NCBI GenBank assembly: GCA_038209275.1
Contig: JBBQXW010000039.1
Location: 1 to 24,000 of the forward strand
Direction: 5' to 3'
Source: Chloroflexia bacterium
GTDB lineage: Bacteria > Chloroflexota > Chloroflexia > Chloroheliales > Chloroheliaceae
DNA length: 24,000 nucleotides
The notes below the pieces were generated by a model. That model saw only the letters and a program-made list of their open reading frames with translations, did not search any database and was not told the DNA's origin. Made by a program: the position numbers and the translations under genes. Shown one piece after another: positions 1 to 7,928 of the stretch (position 1 is its first letter; each line of letters opens with the position of its first letter).

Positions 1-938
1 TTATCGAGCAAATCCAGCCTGGCCCGGCGCGGCCAGTTGTTTAGGTCAGCCCCGGCCAGACACAGCGCCAGATAGCGCACAAAGGTACTTTTGCCACTGC
101 CCGGCGCACCCAAAATCACCAGCCTGTCACGCGCCGCCGCCAGATGATTGAGGTGCAGCGTCATCACGTTTTCATGAATCCCGTTGTTCCAGCGATTACG
201 GTAAGAATGTTCCTCATCAGGTTTGGCCTGTGGATTCTCCTGCCGATAGAGTTCAATTTGCTCTTTTACTTCGTCAATCAGGATTTCAAAGGGCTGGCGT
301 TCGTAGCCGAGTTCTTCAGGTGTATGGGGAAGCCGCCCCGCCCGGTCATTGGCGAACTTAACACGCGGCTCGTCGGTGCGGGTTAGCCCCCAGTCCACCA
401 CCTGCCAATTGTCAACCTCCACGCTCAAGGCCAATGGGGTAGGCGAATCAACATAAACGTCTTCGAGGAAGATGTCCTGGGGCTGGTCGGGGTTAATCTG
501 GGCCAGATTTACCGTGCCAATCCGCTCCACCAAACGCCGCAAATAGGTCTGGTGCAACGGATTGCGCTTGTGGCGGTCAAAGCGAACGGCCCGCCCGCCC
601 GGTGAGGTCGGCTCGTTCGGGTGGCGGGGCAACCCAATTCCCGGCTCGATTTCTTCCAGAAAATCTACTACTGCCTGATACGGTTGCGAATACTGCTCAT
701 AGTGACCGACCAGCCCGATTAAGGCTTCCAGACCGCCTTCGTAGTTGACACAGAAATTCACCAGTTCACTTACATCATTCAAAGCTCTATCAATTTGAGC
801 GGCGTTGTAAATTTTGCCGGTCTCTCTCTCCCAGGCGCGGATTAATTGTTCGCGGCTACTTTTGATTCCAACCGCATCACAAGCTGAAAGCAACTTCACC
901 AATTCTTTGAGTTGTGCTAATTCGAGTTTTATTTTCAT
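1..938 (-). CDS. N-terminal part of an effector-associated-domain + NACHT/STAND-type P-loop NTPase, truncated by the window edge
   Basis: Manual minus-strand translation is open from ATG at 938 to base 1 (312 codons): MKIKLELAQLKELVKLLSACDAVGIKSSREQLIRAWERETGKIYNAAQIDRALNDVSELVNFCVNYEGGLEALIGLVGHYEQYSQ... ending in LVILGAPGSGKSTFVRYLALCLAG (Walker A GAPGSGKST). Absent from the supplied ORF track, probably because it runs off the edge. NACHT versus other STAND class is not provable from this fragment. Confidence 0.85.
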   Translation of the reverse strand, partial: MKIKLELAQLKELVKLLSACDAVGIKSSREQLIRAWERETGKIYNAAQIDRALNDVSELVNFCVNYEGGLEALIGLVGHYEQYSQPYQAVVDFLEEIEPGIGLPRHPNEPTSPGGRAVRFDRHKRNPLHQTYLRRLVERIGTVNLAQINPDQPQDIFLEDVYVDSPTPLALSVEVDNWQVVDWGLTRTDEPRVKFANDRAGRLPHTPEELGYERQPFEILIDEVKEQIELYRQENPQAKPDEEHSYRNRWNNGIHENVMTLHLNHLAAARDRLVILGAPGSGKSTFVRYLALCLAGADLNNWPRRARLDLLD

Positions 939-960
939 TTGTGTACTTCATTCAGGCTTA

Positions 961-1029
961 CCCGGCCCTGAAGAGCCGGGCTAAAAAGGGTCAGGCCATC
1001 TATTTTTAGCCCGGCTCTTCAGGGCCGGG
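961..1029. repeat. Perfect 27-bp inverted repeat (961-987 / 1003-1029), 15-nt spacer
   Basis: CCCGGCCCTGAAGAGCCGGGCTAAAAA and TTTTTAGCCCGGCTCTTCAGGGCCGGG are exact reverse complements; each arm also holds an internal CCCGGC/GCCGGG mini-stem. Confidence 0.95.
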
Positions 1030-1065
1030 CCTTTCTCATCTACCGAAATCAACTAATTATTGCTA

Positions 1066-1093
1066 TTGGTTTCAGTATAACATATGTTATAAT
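1066..1093 (+). promoter_or_regulatory. Predicted promoter of the TIR gene with a 16-bp palindrome over the -10 region
   Basis: TTGGTT (1066-1071), 16-nt spacer, TATAAT (1088-1093); perfect palindrome TATAACATATGTTATA at 1076-1091. Confidence 0.55.
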
Positions 1094-1142
1094 TTTTCAA
1101 AACGTGGTTTGTTAAATGTAACCTGACTCAGGAGCAAAAAAA

Positions 1143-1952
1143 ATGAGCGCCAGCCCCAACCGTTTGCAACTTTATTTGTGCCACGCCGACGTAGATAAAC
1201 CGAAGGTACGCCAGCTTTACCAGCAGCTAGAAAACGATGGCATGCAACCCTGGTTCGACGAAGAAGATTTGGATATAGGCGGCGACCGGGAGCAAATAGT
1301 TGCCGCCGCGATTAAAGAATCTCATGCTATCGTGGTTTGTCTTTCAAAGCAGGCGCTTAACACTGCTGGCTTCATTCATAGGGAACTAAAATGGGCGCTG
1401 GAGAAAGCCGAATTACAGCCTGAAGGAGCAGTCACGATTATTCCAGTACGGCTGGATGATTGTGCGATACCTCATAAGTTGGAAGGACTTGTTTCGGTAG
1501 ATTTATTTGGCGAAGGCGGCGGCTACGGGCGGCTAATCAAATCGCTCACCAAAATGGCCGAGCGTCGCAAGCTGGAAACTACCTCACCTACCAGGTCATC
1601 CACCAGCCCGGCTAACTTTACCCTATCTTCGGCAACTGCTCCGGCTTCGCCAGCTTCTGATTCGCCCAAAGTGCTGAGTTTTGCCGAGCGGAGCGGAATA
1701 ATAGAGCGCCTGATGGCCTGTCATTCCCTCAGTAATCCCGGTTCGCGAGAAACCGTTATCCAAAATCTACCCGCACAAATCGCCAGTTCAGTAGCGCGGG
1801 CCTCCCAAACTAGCGTTGACGTTTCCAATTTGCTGACTACCTGCCTTAACTATCCGCAAGGCTTGCAAAAACTGCTGGAAGTAGTGAGCTTTTTCGAGCA
1901 GGGCAGCATCCCGTTCCGCGAACTGGAGAGTTATGTCAAGCAAATTCTTTGA
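1143..1952 (+). CDS. TIR-domain protein with a C-terminal effector-associated (EAD-like) domain
   Basis: 269 aa; LYLCHADVDKPKVRQLYQQLENDGMQPWFDEEDLDIGG...ESHAIVVCLSKQALNTAGFIHRELKWAL...IIPVRLDDC fits bacterial TIR; C-terminus IIERLMACHSLSNPGSRETVIQNLP...VDVSNLLTTCLNYPQGLQKLLEVVSFFEQ is adaptor-like. SD AGGAG at 1130-1134. Confidence 0.88.
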   Translation: MSASPNRLQLYLCHADVDKPKVRQLYQQLENDGMQPWFDEEDLDIGGDREQIVAAAIKESHAIVVCLSKQALNTAGFIHRELKWALEKAELQPEGAVTIIPVRLDDCAIPHKLEGLVSVDLFGEGGGYGRLIKSLTKMAERRKLETTSPTRSSTSPANFTLSSATAPASPASDSPKVLSFAERSGIIERLMACHSLSNPGSRETVIQNLPAQIASSVARASQTSVDVSNLLTTCLNYPQGLQKLLEVVSFFEQGSIPFRELESYVKQIL

Positions 1953-2166
1953 TACTAAGCCAGATGTAGCATTTACTACAGGATAGCACCCCAAAACGTG
2001 TTAAACTTAGGGTACTGATTATAGATTCACTTGCCTGTACCTGTACGAGAAAAAGCCCTTGCTCGAATTTTATTACGCCTGAAATAGCGGCGATGTTTTC
2101 ATTGCTTATCAAAAAGAAGCTCAATCAGCTATTATAATAAAGCGTTAGTCAGTAAGGAGTTTGAAC

Positions 2167-2514
2167 ATGGAAACCAGCGTATGGGCCGCGATTGCGGTGG
2201 CAGGGGCGTGGATTGCCGGGCTTGCCATCCTTTTTGCCATTTTAGCATTTTGCTTTGGCGTAATTCGGCCCTCTTTGTTCCGCTACGGTATAATCTATCT
2301 GTTTATTACCGATGCAGGTATTATTTTGATGCTGGCGGCAGTCCTGGTCATTGTAAATGACGCGGTACTCTGGACGTTCAGCTTAATCGGCCTGATAGTT
2401 ATGGTCTTGCTGACCGCAATTGCAGTTCTAGCAATCCGTAATTTGCGCGTGCGCGGCGAGATAGCATCGCTCGGTTCGCTTATCGAGGGTACACGGCAGC
2501 GTATCGAATTCTAA
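2167..2514 (+). CDS. Small hypothetical integral membrane protein
   Basis: 115 aa from ATG 2167 (SD AAGGAG 2154-2159 fits better than the TTG at 2161); several long hydrophobic segments. Confidence 0.75.
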   Translation: METSVWAAIAVAGAWIAGLAILFAILAFCFGVIRPSLFRYGIIYLFITDAGIILMLAAVLVIVNDAVLWTFSLIGLIVMVLLTAIAVLAIRNLRVRGEIASLGSLIEGTRQRIEF

Positions 2515-2535
2515 ATCTAGCGTTAGTGCAGGAGG

Positions 2536-2570
2536 CGCGGTCTTTCTCTATGGGGAAAGGCCGCGTTTTT
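2536..2570 (+). terminator. Rho-independent terminator-like hairpin
   Basis: CGCGGTCTTTC...GGAAAGGCCGCG stem with G-U pairs followed by TTTTT. Confidence 0.75.
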
Positions 2571-2725
2571 ATTTACAGCTTGTAGGAAATTTAACTTGCG
2601 AAATAAGAGACCGAATGGTATATTATATTTATCTTGCCCTGGCAAGATTTCCTAAAGAGTGAAAGTAGTTAACATTAGCAGCGTAGCTTTGTATTACGCT
2701 TCCAAGTAGTAAAGGAGCCTCTTTA

Positions 2726-3808
2726 ATGAGTACTCGTATGTACACCCTCCCGGTCGGGCAAACTCAATGGTCAGTGGATAGCACCGCCACCACCGTGTTT
2801 AACTGGGAATACGATGAGGGCCGCGACAAATTGCTGAACCTTTATGAAAAAGGCAAAAATAAGCAATGGAACACCAACATCCGGCTCGACTGGTCGCAGG
2901 CAGTGAACCTGGATAATCCGCTGGGGTTGCCCGATGAGTTTTACCTACTTTATTACACCCCGATTTGGAAGCGTATGAGCCAGAAAGATATTAACGATTT
3001 ACGCTTGCACCATGCTTCCTGGCTCTTCTCGCAATTTTTGCATGGCGAACAGGGCGCGCTGATTTGTACCGCTAAAATTGTCCAGACCGTGCCAGATATA
3101 GATGCAAAGTTTTACGCCGCCACTCAAGTAATTGACGAAGCCCGCCACGTCGAAACTTATTCGCGCTACCTGCACGAGAAAATTCAACTGGCCTACCCGA
3201 TTAACGCTAACTTGCTGGCGCTGCTCAAAGATGTAATTCAGGACTCGCGCTGGGATTTTACCTACCTGGGGATGCAAATTTTGATTGAAGGGCTGGCCCT
3301 CGCCGCTTTCCACGGCATCCGGGATGGTGCTACCGAGCCTTTAGCCGCCGCGTTGAACGCTTATGTGATGCAGGATGAAGCCCGCCACGTCGCTTTTGGA
3401 CGGCTTTCGTTGCGCGACTACTATCCGCACCTGACCGACAAAGAACGCGACGAGCGCGAGGAGTTTGTGGTCGAAGCCTGTTACCTGATGCGTGACCGTC
3501 TATCGCAGGAGGAAATGTTCACTCACCTGGGCTACGATTTGCAAGAAATTCAGTCTTACGTGAATAGCCCGGAAGGAACGGATGAGTTCCAGAAGCGCCT
3601 GTTCTCCCGCATCGTGCCAACCATCAAAGATATTGGCCTGTGGGGGCCACGTGTCCAAAAAGCCTTCTCCGATATGGGCGTAATTGACTACCAGCAGCTT
3701 AATGCGGAAGAGCTAATGGCCTATGACGAAGTCGTTGCCGACCAGTTCGACGCGAAGCGCAAAGCCCTGACCGATGAAATTATCGCGGTGGGAGCAAGCG
3801 CGGATTAG
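2726..3808 (+). CDS. Ferritin-like diiron protein, ribonucleotide-reductase-R2-like fold
   Basis: 360 aa with HGEQGAL, DEARHVETYSRYL, LIEGLALAAFH and DEARHVAFGRLSL, i.e. the E...ExxH...E...ExxH ligand pattern; SD AAAGGAG. Confidence 0.7.
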   Translation: MSTRMYTLPVGQTQWSVDSTATTVFNWEYDEGRDKLLNLYEKGKNKQWNTNIRLDWSQAVNLDNPLGLPDEFYLLYYTPIWKRMSQKDINDLRLHHASWLFSQFLHGEQGALICTAKIVQTVPDIDAKFYAATQVIDEARHVETYSRYLHEKIQLAYPINANLLALLKDVIQDSRWDFTYLGMQILIEGLALAAFHGIRDGATEPLAAALNAYVMQDEARHVAFGRLSLRDYYPHLTDKERDEREEFVVEACYLMRDRLSQEEMFTHLGYDLQEIQSYVNSPEGTDEFQKRLFSRIVPTIKDIGLWGPRVQKAFSDMGVIDYQQLNAEELMAYDEVVADQFDAKRKALTDEIIAVGASAD

Positions 3809-3811
3809 TAG

Positions 3812-3867
3812 TTTTGAATTTTGAATTTTGAATTTTGAATTTTGAATTTTGAATTTTGAATTTTGAG
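3812..3867 (+). repeat. Heptamer tandem repeat, 7 perfect TTTTGAA copies plus one degenerate
   Basis: TTTTGAA repeated head-to-tail 3812-3860, then TTTTGAG. Confidence 0.97.
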
Positions 3868-3880
3868 TTATAAGAAAAGG

Positions 3881-3928
3881 AAAGTTCCTGCTTCGCTTGT
3901 GAATAAGGCAAAGGCAGGAACTTTTTTC
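3881..3928 (+). terminator. Terminator-like hairpin between the two heptamer arrays
   Basis: AAAGTTCCTGC (3881-3891) pairs with GCAGGAACTTT (3914-3924), then further T-rich sequence. Confidence 0.6.
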
Positions 3929-3979
3929 TTTGCCCGTCATCAGGGCAATTTATGTTAGAATATAGAAGAATTTAGATAA

Positions 3980-4007
3980 TTCAAAATTCAAAATTCAAAA
4001 TTCAAAA
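3980..4007 (+). repeat. Heptamer tandem repeat in inverse orientation, 4 perfect TTCAAAA copies
   Basis: TTCAAAA x4, the reverse complement of the 3812-3867 unit. Confidence 0.97.
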
Positions 4008-4023
4008 TTAAGGAGTTCAGAGG

Positions 4024-5175
4024 ATGGGGGCAGCATTGGATGGCGTGCGGGTGCTGGATTTATCGCGGGCGCTGGCCGGGCCGTATTGCGCCATGATGCT
4101 GGGCGATATGGGCGCGGATGTTATCAAGATTGAGCATCCGCAGGGCGGCGACGAGGCACGCGGTTGGGGGCCACCCTTTCAGGCCGAGGAAAGTAGCTAT
4201 TTTCTGGCGGTCAACCGCAACAAGCGCAGCCTGACGCTGGATTTGAAAAGCGAGCAGGGCAAAGAAGCACTGCGGCGGCTAATCAAGACGGCGGATGTGT
4301 TGCTGGAAAATTTTAGTCCGGGAGTGCTGGAAAAGCTGGGGTTTGGCTGGGAAACTTTGCGCGAACTAAATCCTCGGCTGGTTTACTGTGCCATTAGTGG
4401 CTTCGGACAGTTCGGGCCACGCAAATTTCAGCCCGCCTACGATCAGATTTTGCAGGGGATGGGTGGTCTGATGAGCGTAACGGGGGAAGCGGACGGCCCA
4501 CCGACCCGCTTTGGCGTTTCGATTGCCGATATTGGCGCGGGCATGTTCAGCGCCTTTGCTATCGTCAACGCCCTGTTCTACCGCGAACGGAGCGGCGAGG
4601 GCCAGATGATTGACACTTCCCTATTAGATGGACAGGTAGCTTTGCTGACTTTCCAGGCCGGGCGCTTTTTTGCAACAGGCGAATCGCCCAAACGTATCGG
4701 CAACAAACACCCGCTAATTGCGCCCTATGAAGTATTAAAAAGCTCCGATAGTTATGTAAACTTGGCGGTTGGAAATGATAAGCAATGGGTCGCTTTTTGC
4801 AAAGCGATGGGCCTGGACGACCTGAGTGCGGACGCGCAATTGGCGACAAACCAGGGGCGCGTGACGCAGCGCGAAAAACTCAAAGCCCGCATCGAAGAGC
4901 GCTTTGCCGACCTGACCACGGCTGAAATAGTCGCAAAGCTGGAAGCGGTAAACGTACCTTGCGGCCCGATTTATAGCATAAGTGAAGTCTTTGCCGACCC
5001 GCAAGTTGAAGCACTGGGCTTGCGCCACCGCCTCGAACACCCGACGGCAGGTGAAATCAGCGTCACCACCCCGCCCTATCGCTTAAGCGCATCACCCGCC
5101 AAAGTCCGGCAAGCGCCGCCAACGTTGGGCCAACATACCGAAGAAATTTTGCGCGAAATTGGAATGGTGGATTAA
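4024..5175 (+). CDS. CaiB/BaiF family (family III) CoA-transferase
   Basis: 383 aa; VLDLSRALAGPYCAMMLGDMGADVIKIEHPQGGDEARGWGPPF, NRNKRSLTLDLKSEQGKEALRRL, ENFSPGVLEKLG. Confidence 0.93.
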   Translation: MGAALDGVRVLDLSRALAGPYCAMMLGDMGADVIKIEHPQGGDEARGWGPPFQAEESSYFLAVNRNKRSLTLDLKSEQGKEALRRLIKTADVLLENFSPGVLEKLGFGWETLRELNPRLVYCAISGFGQFGPRKFQPAYDQILQGMGGLMSVTGEADGPPTRFGVSIADIGAGMFSAFAIVNALFYRERSGEGQMIDTSLLDGQVALLTFQAGRFFATGESPKRIGNKHPLIAPYEVLKSSDSYVNLAVGNDKQWVAFCKAMGLDDLSADAQLATNQGRVTQREKLKARIEERFADLTTAEIVAKLEAVNVPCGPIYSISEVFADPQVEALGLRHRLEHPTAGEISVTTPPYRLSASPAKVRQAPPTLGQHTEEILREIGMVD

Positions 5176-5196
5176 ACAACATAAGGTAAGAGGGAT

Positions 5197-5982
5197 ATGT
5201 TACCTAAACCGAAATATCTCAAACCAGAAAATGCCGTTCGTTTCAAACAAGTGGGCGTAGTCGAGCGCTATCACCTACGCCTACCCTACCCACCCGCTAT
5301 TTTCGAGATGGTAGCCAATTTGATAACAGATGAGCCGCGCACGGTACTTGATGTCGGCACTGGCACCGGCGAAATTGCCCGCCAACTAATCAACCGGGTC
5401 GAACGAGTAGACGCGGTTGATTTTTCCCAGGCAATGCTTGCGAAAGGAAAGCAATTGCCCAATGGAGACAGCCCAAAGTTGCATTGGATTTACGGCCCAA
5501 TCGAGGAAGTTGCCCTTCAACCACCCTATGCCTTAATAACTGCCGGGGATAGTATGCACTGGATGAACTGGGAGCTACTTTTTCCCCGCTTCCGACAGCT
5601 TCTGACTCCAAACGGTTTTGTGGCAATGATACATCGTCAGGAATTGCCCGCGCCCTGGCAAACCGAATTAAACGAACTAATTTCGCGCTTTAGCACCCCT
5701 GGCTATGGCTATGAATTATTCGATTTAAACGAGGAATTAGAAAAGCGCGGGCTTTTTCAAAAATTTGAAGAGGAAAGCACCGCGCTAATAACTTCTAAAC
5801 AATCAGTTGAGGATTATATCGCCTGTTTTCACTCTCGGAGTAGTCTGGCGCTGGAAAGTATGAGGGCTGAGGCTGCCACTGCTTTTGACACTGAATTACG
5901 AAAACTGGTGTCCAAGTGGAGCAAAGACGATTACCTTGAATTACAAACTGTCGGGTCAGTATTCTGGGGAAAGCCAACCTAA
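5197..5982 (+). CDS. Class I SAM-dependent methyltransferase
   Basis: 261 aa; motif I TVLDVGTGTGEIARQL, then VDAVDFSQAML. Confidence 0.85.
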   Translation: MLPKPKYLKPENAVRFKQVGVVERYHLRLPYPPAIFEMVANLITDEPRTVLDVGTGTGEIARQLINRVERVDAVDFSQAMLAKGKQLPNGDSPKLHWIYGPIEEVALQPPYALITAGDSMHWMNWELLFPRFRQLLTPNGFVAMIHRQELPAPWQTELNELISRFSTPGYGYELFDLNEELEKRGLFQKFEEESTALITSKQSVEDYIACFHSRSSLALESMRAEAATAFDTELRKLVSKWSKDDYLELQTVGSVFWGKPT

Positions 5983-6000
5983 ATTTTCATTCTATCAAGG

Positions 6001-6426
6001 TTAAGCGGCGAAGCTGTAATTTTCGATTTGGACGAGGTGATGAAAGTTAATTGCGACCAGTTTGCGGTAAAGGGCGCTATCGGGATTGGTTACGCTGACG
6101 TAGCCGCCTGCTTCCAGCGCAGCGTTGCGAACGTTCACCAGGGCAGCAACACCGGCACTGTCCAGGTTCTTTAAGTCCGATAGGTCGAAAACGAAAGAAG
6201 TATAGCCGTTAGCAATAAAAGTTTTGACCAGTGATTTGAAAAGCAGGCTATTAGCAGTAGTCAGTTTGCCGACCAGGTGCAAGCGTACCGTGTCTTCCTC
6301 CATCCCTACACCCAACATCAAACCTTTGTTCGCCAATTGCTGCATCAAAGCCGAGCGATTATCTTCAATTTTGGCAACGCTGATTTCTTTGTTGGTAGGA
6401 AGGGTAGTAAGACGAAAGTTAAACAT
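6001..6426 (-). CDS. STAS-domain protein, anti-sigma-factor-antagonist-like
   Basis: 141 aa; FVFDLSDLKNLDSAGVAALVNVRNAALEAGGYVSVTN resembles the STAS phosphoacceptor-serine region. Confidence 0.75.
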   Translation of the reverse strand: MFNFRLTTLPTNKEISVAKIEDNRSALMQQLANKGLMLGVGMEEDTVRLHLVGKLTTANSLLFKSLVKTFIANGYTSFVFDLSDLKNLDSAGVAALVNVRNAALEAGGYVSVTNPDSALYRKLVAINFHHLVQIENYSFAA

Positions 6427-6616
6427 TTTAGAACTCCATTCTTCGCTAAGTTATCTGGTCAGAACCGGCCTAAGCTTTGTAATAATCCCTGAACTGCTTT
6501 TTCTTTTGAAGTTGAGTTATCAACCTCAACTGATAGGATTATAACTGAGTAGTCAGTATGTGTATGTGACCCAAAACACACTTTATTATTAACAAGATTA
6601 AGGATTTTATATAAAA

Positions 6617-7419
6617 CTAGGCAACCAGATTAAGAGGATAATTGAGGGCCATTACCAGCTCGGATAATGAAGACTTGCCATCAGTAGAGCCAATTCTTGG
6701 GGCAAATTGGATTTCGTCGCACTGGGCGCGCAACTCCCGTATAGTCATGACCAGTCGGTCAATCTCCTGCGCAATTGCCGAGGCGTTTGCTTCGGTCAAA
6801 ACAAAATCGGGCTTGACTGCTTGCGCCCGTTGCAAAAATAGCATTACCGAGGGATATTTAGCAATAGCCTGAAGCTTGAGCGGGCTTTTTAAATCGGGCA
6901 GGACCAGCGGCGATACTGATAGTTCTTGCTCTCCATAGACCCACAACGCCGTCCGGCTTGTCACCAGAATCTTCAGGGCCGGACAACCTGCCAGCAAATC
7001 AGAAACCAATCCGGCGGCATCGAGTACCAGCTCAAAATTATCCAGCACCAACAGTAGTTGGCGCGAACGTAAATACTCTTTCAGGCGGGCAATCAAAGGC
7101 TGGTCGCCACCTTCCTTTACCCCAAAGACCTGGGCAATGCTGGAAAGGCCGTATCATTGATGGCAGCCAGAGGTACAAAATAAACTTCGGCAAAATCGCC
7201 CAGCAAACTGGTAGCTAATTGCAAAGAGAGGCGAGTTTTGCCAATTCCACCTGGCCCGGTGAGCGTCACCAGCCGGACTCCCCCGGTACGGCGCAACAAT
7301 TCCTGAGCCACTGCCAATTCGCGCGCGCGCCCAATCAATGGAGTTACCTGCACCGGCAGCGACATTTTGGAACCCGACCCGATGTTAATTTCGCTCACCA
7401 TTTTAGCATAATTCGACAA
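6617..7419 (-). pseudogene. Frameshifted remnant of an AfsR/LuxR-family NB-ARC-type ATPase regulator
   Basis: ORF 7117-7419 encodes VTPLIGRARELAVAQELLRRTGGVRLVTLTGPGGIGKTRLSLQLA; the overlapping frame continues SIAQVFGVKEGGDQPLIARLKEYLRSRQLLLVLDNFELVLDAAGLVSDLLAGCPALKILVTSR (ORF 6617-7096); the C-terminus loses similarity and no helicase/HTH tail follows. Confidence 0.8.
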
Positions 7420-7500
7420 ATCAACTCTACCTTCCGCTGTGTTCTACGTCGTTCATATTATACTCAATGCGGATGATTTGTCTATGCTTTTCTAATAAGA

Positions 7501-7529
7501 TTGACAGTATACCGTCTGGACGGTATAAT
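7501..7529 (+). promoter_or_regulatory. Consensus promoter with embedded TetR-type operator
   Basis: TTGACA (7501-7506), 17 nt, TATAAT (7524-7529); TATACCGTC-TG-GACGGTATA is a 9-bp-arm dyad at 7508-7527. Confidence 0.88.
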
Positions 7530-7595
7530 AAAACCCGTAAGTAAATTAAAGCTACCGAATAACCAGGTATATTGCCTTAAAATGGGAGGGAAATT

Positions 7596-7928
7596 ATGAA
7601 CGGCTTTATTCTTTTGCTTTTAGCTATCGTCAGTGAAGTAATTGGCACCACTGCCATGAAAGCCTCGGATGGTTTTAGCAAGTTCTGGCCTAGCGTGATA
7701 ATGGTGATTGGCTATATAGCAACTTTTTCTTTTCTCTCGCTAACTCTGAAAGAGCTTCCGTTGGGAACAGCTTACGCAATCTGGGCCGGGCTGGGAACGG
7801 CAGCAACAGTGATTATCGGCGTAGTAGTCTGGCGCGAAACGCTGGGTATCTGGCATATTTTGGGGATAATCTTTATTATTGTGGGGGTGGTAATGCTCAA
7901 TTTTGTAGGAGGAGAGGCGCATGGATAA
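7596..7928 (+). CDS. Small multidrug resistance (SMR/EmrE-like) efflux protein
   Basis: 110 aa; LLLLAIVSEVIGTTAMKASDGF...LPLGTAYAIWAGLGTAATVIIGVVVWRET. Confidence 0.93.
   Translation: MNGFILLLLAIVSEVIGTTAMKASDGFSKFWPSVIMVIGYIATFSFLSLTLKELPLGTAYAIWAGLGTAATVIIGVVVWRETLGIWHILGIIFIIVGVVMLNFVGGEAHG

Noticed and set aside
144-386. 80-aa plus-strand ORF at the left edge
   Set aside because: Antisense to the long open minus-strand NTPase frame; no domain or SD.
3812-4007. Possible CRISPR array
   Set aside because: Copies are contiguous 7-mers without spacers; this is a simple tandem repeat.
6510-6532. AGTTGAG/CTCAACT short inverted repeat
   Set aside because: Only a 7-bp stem in AT-rich intergenic DNA, with no T tract or other support.
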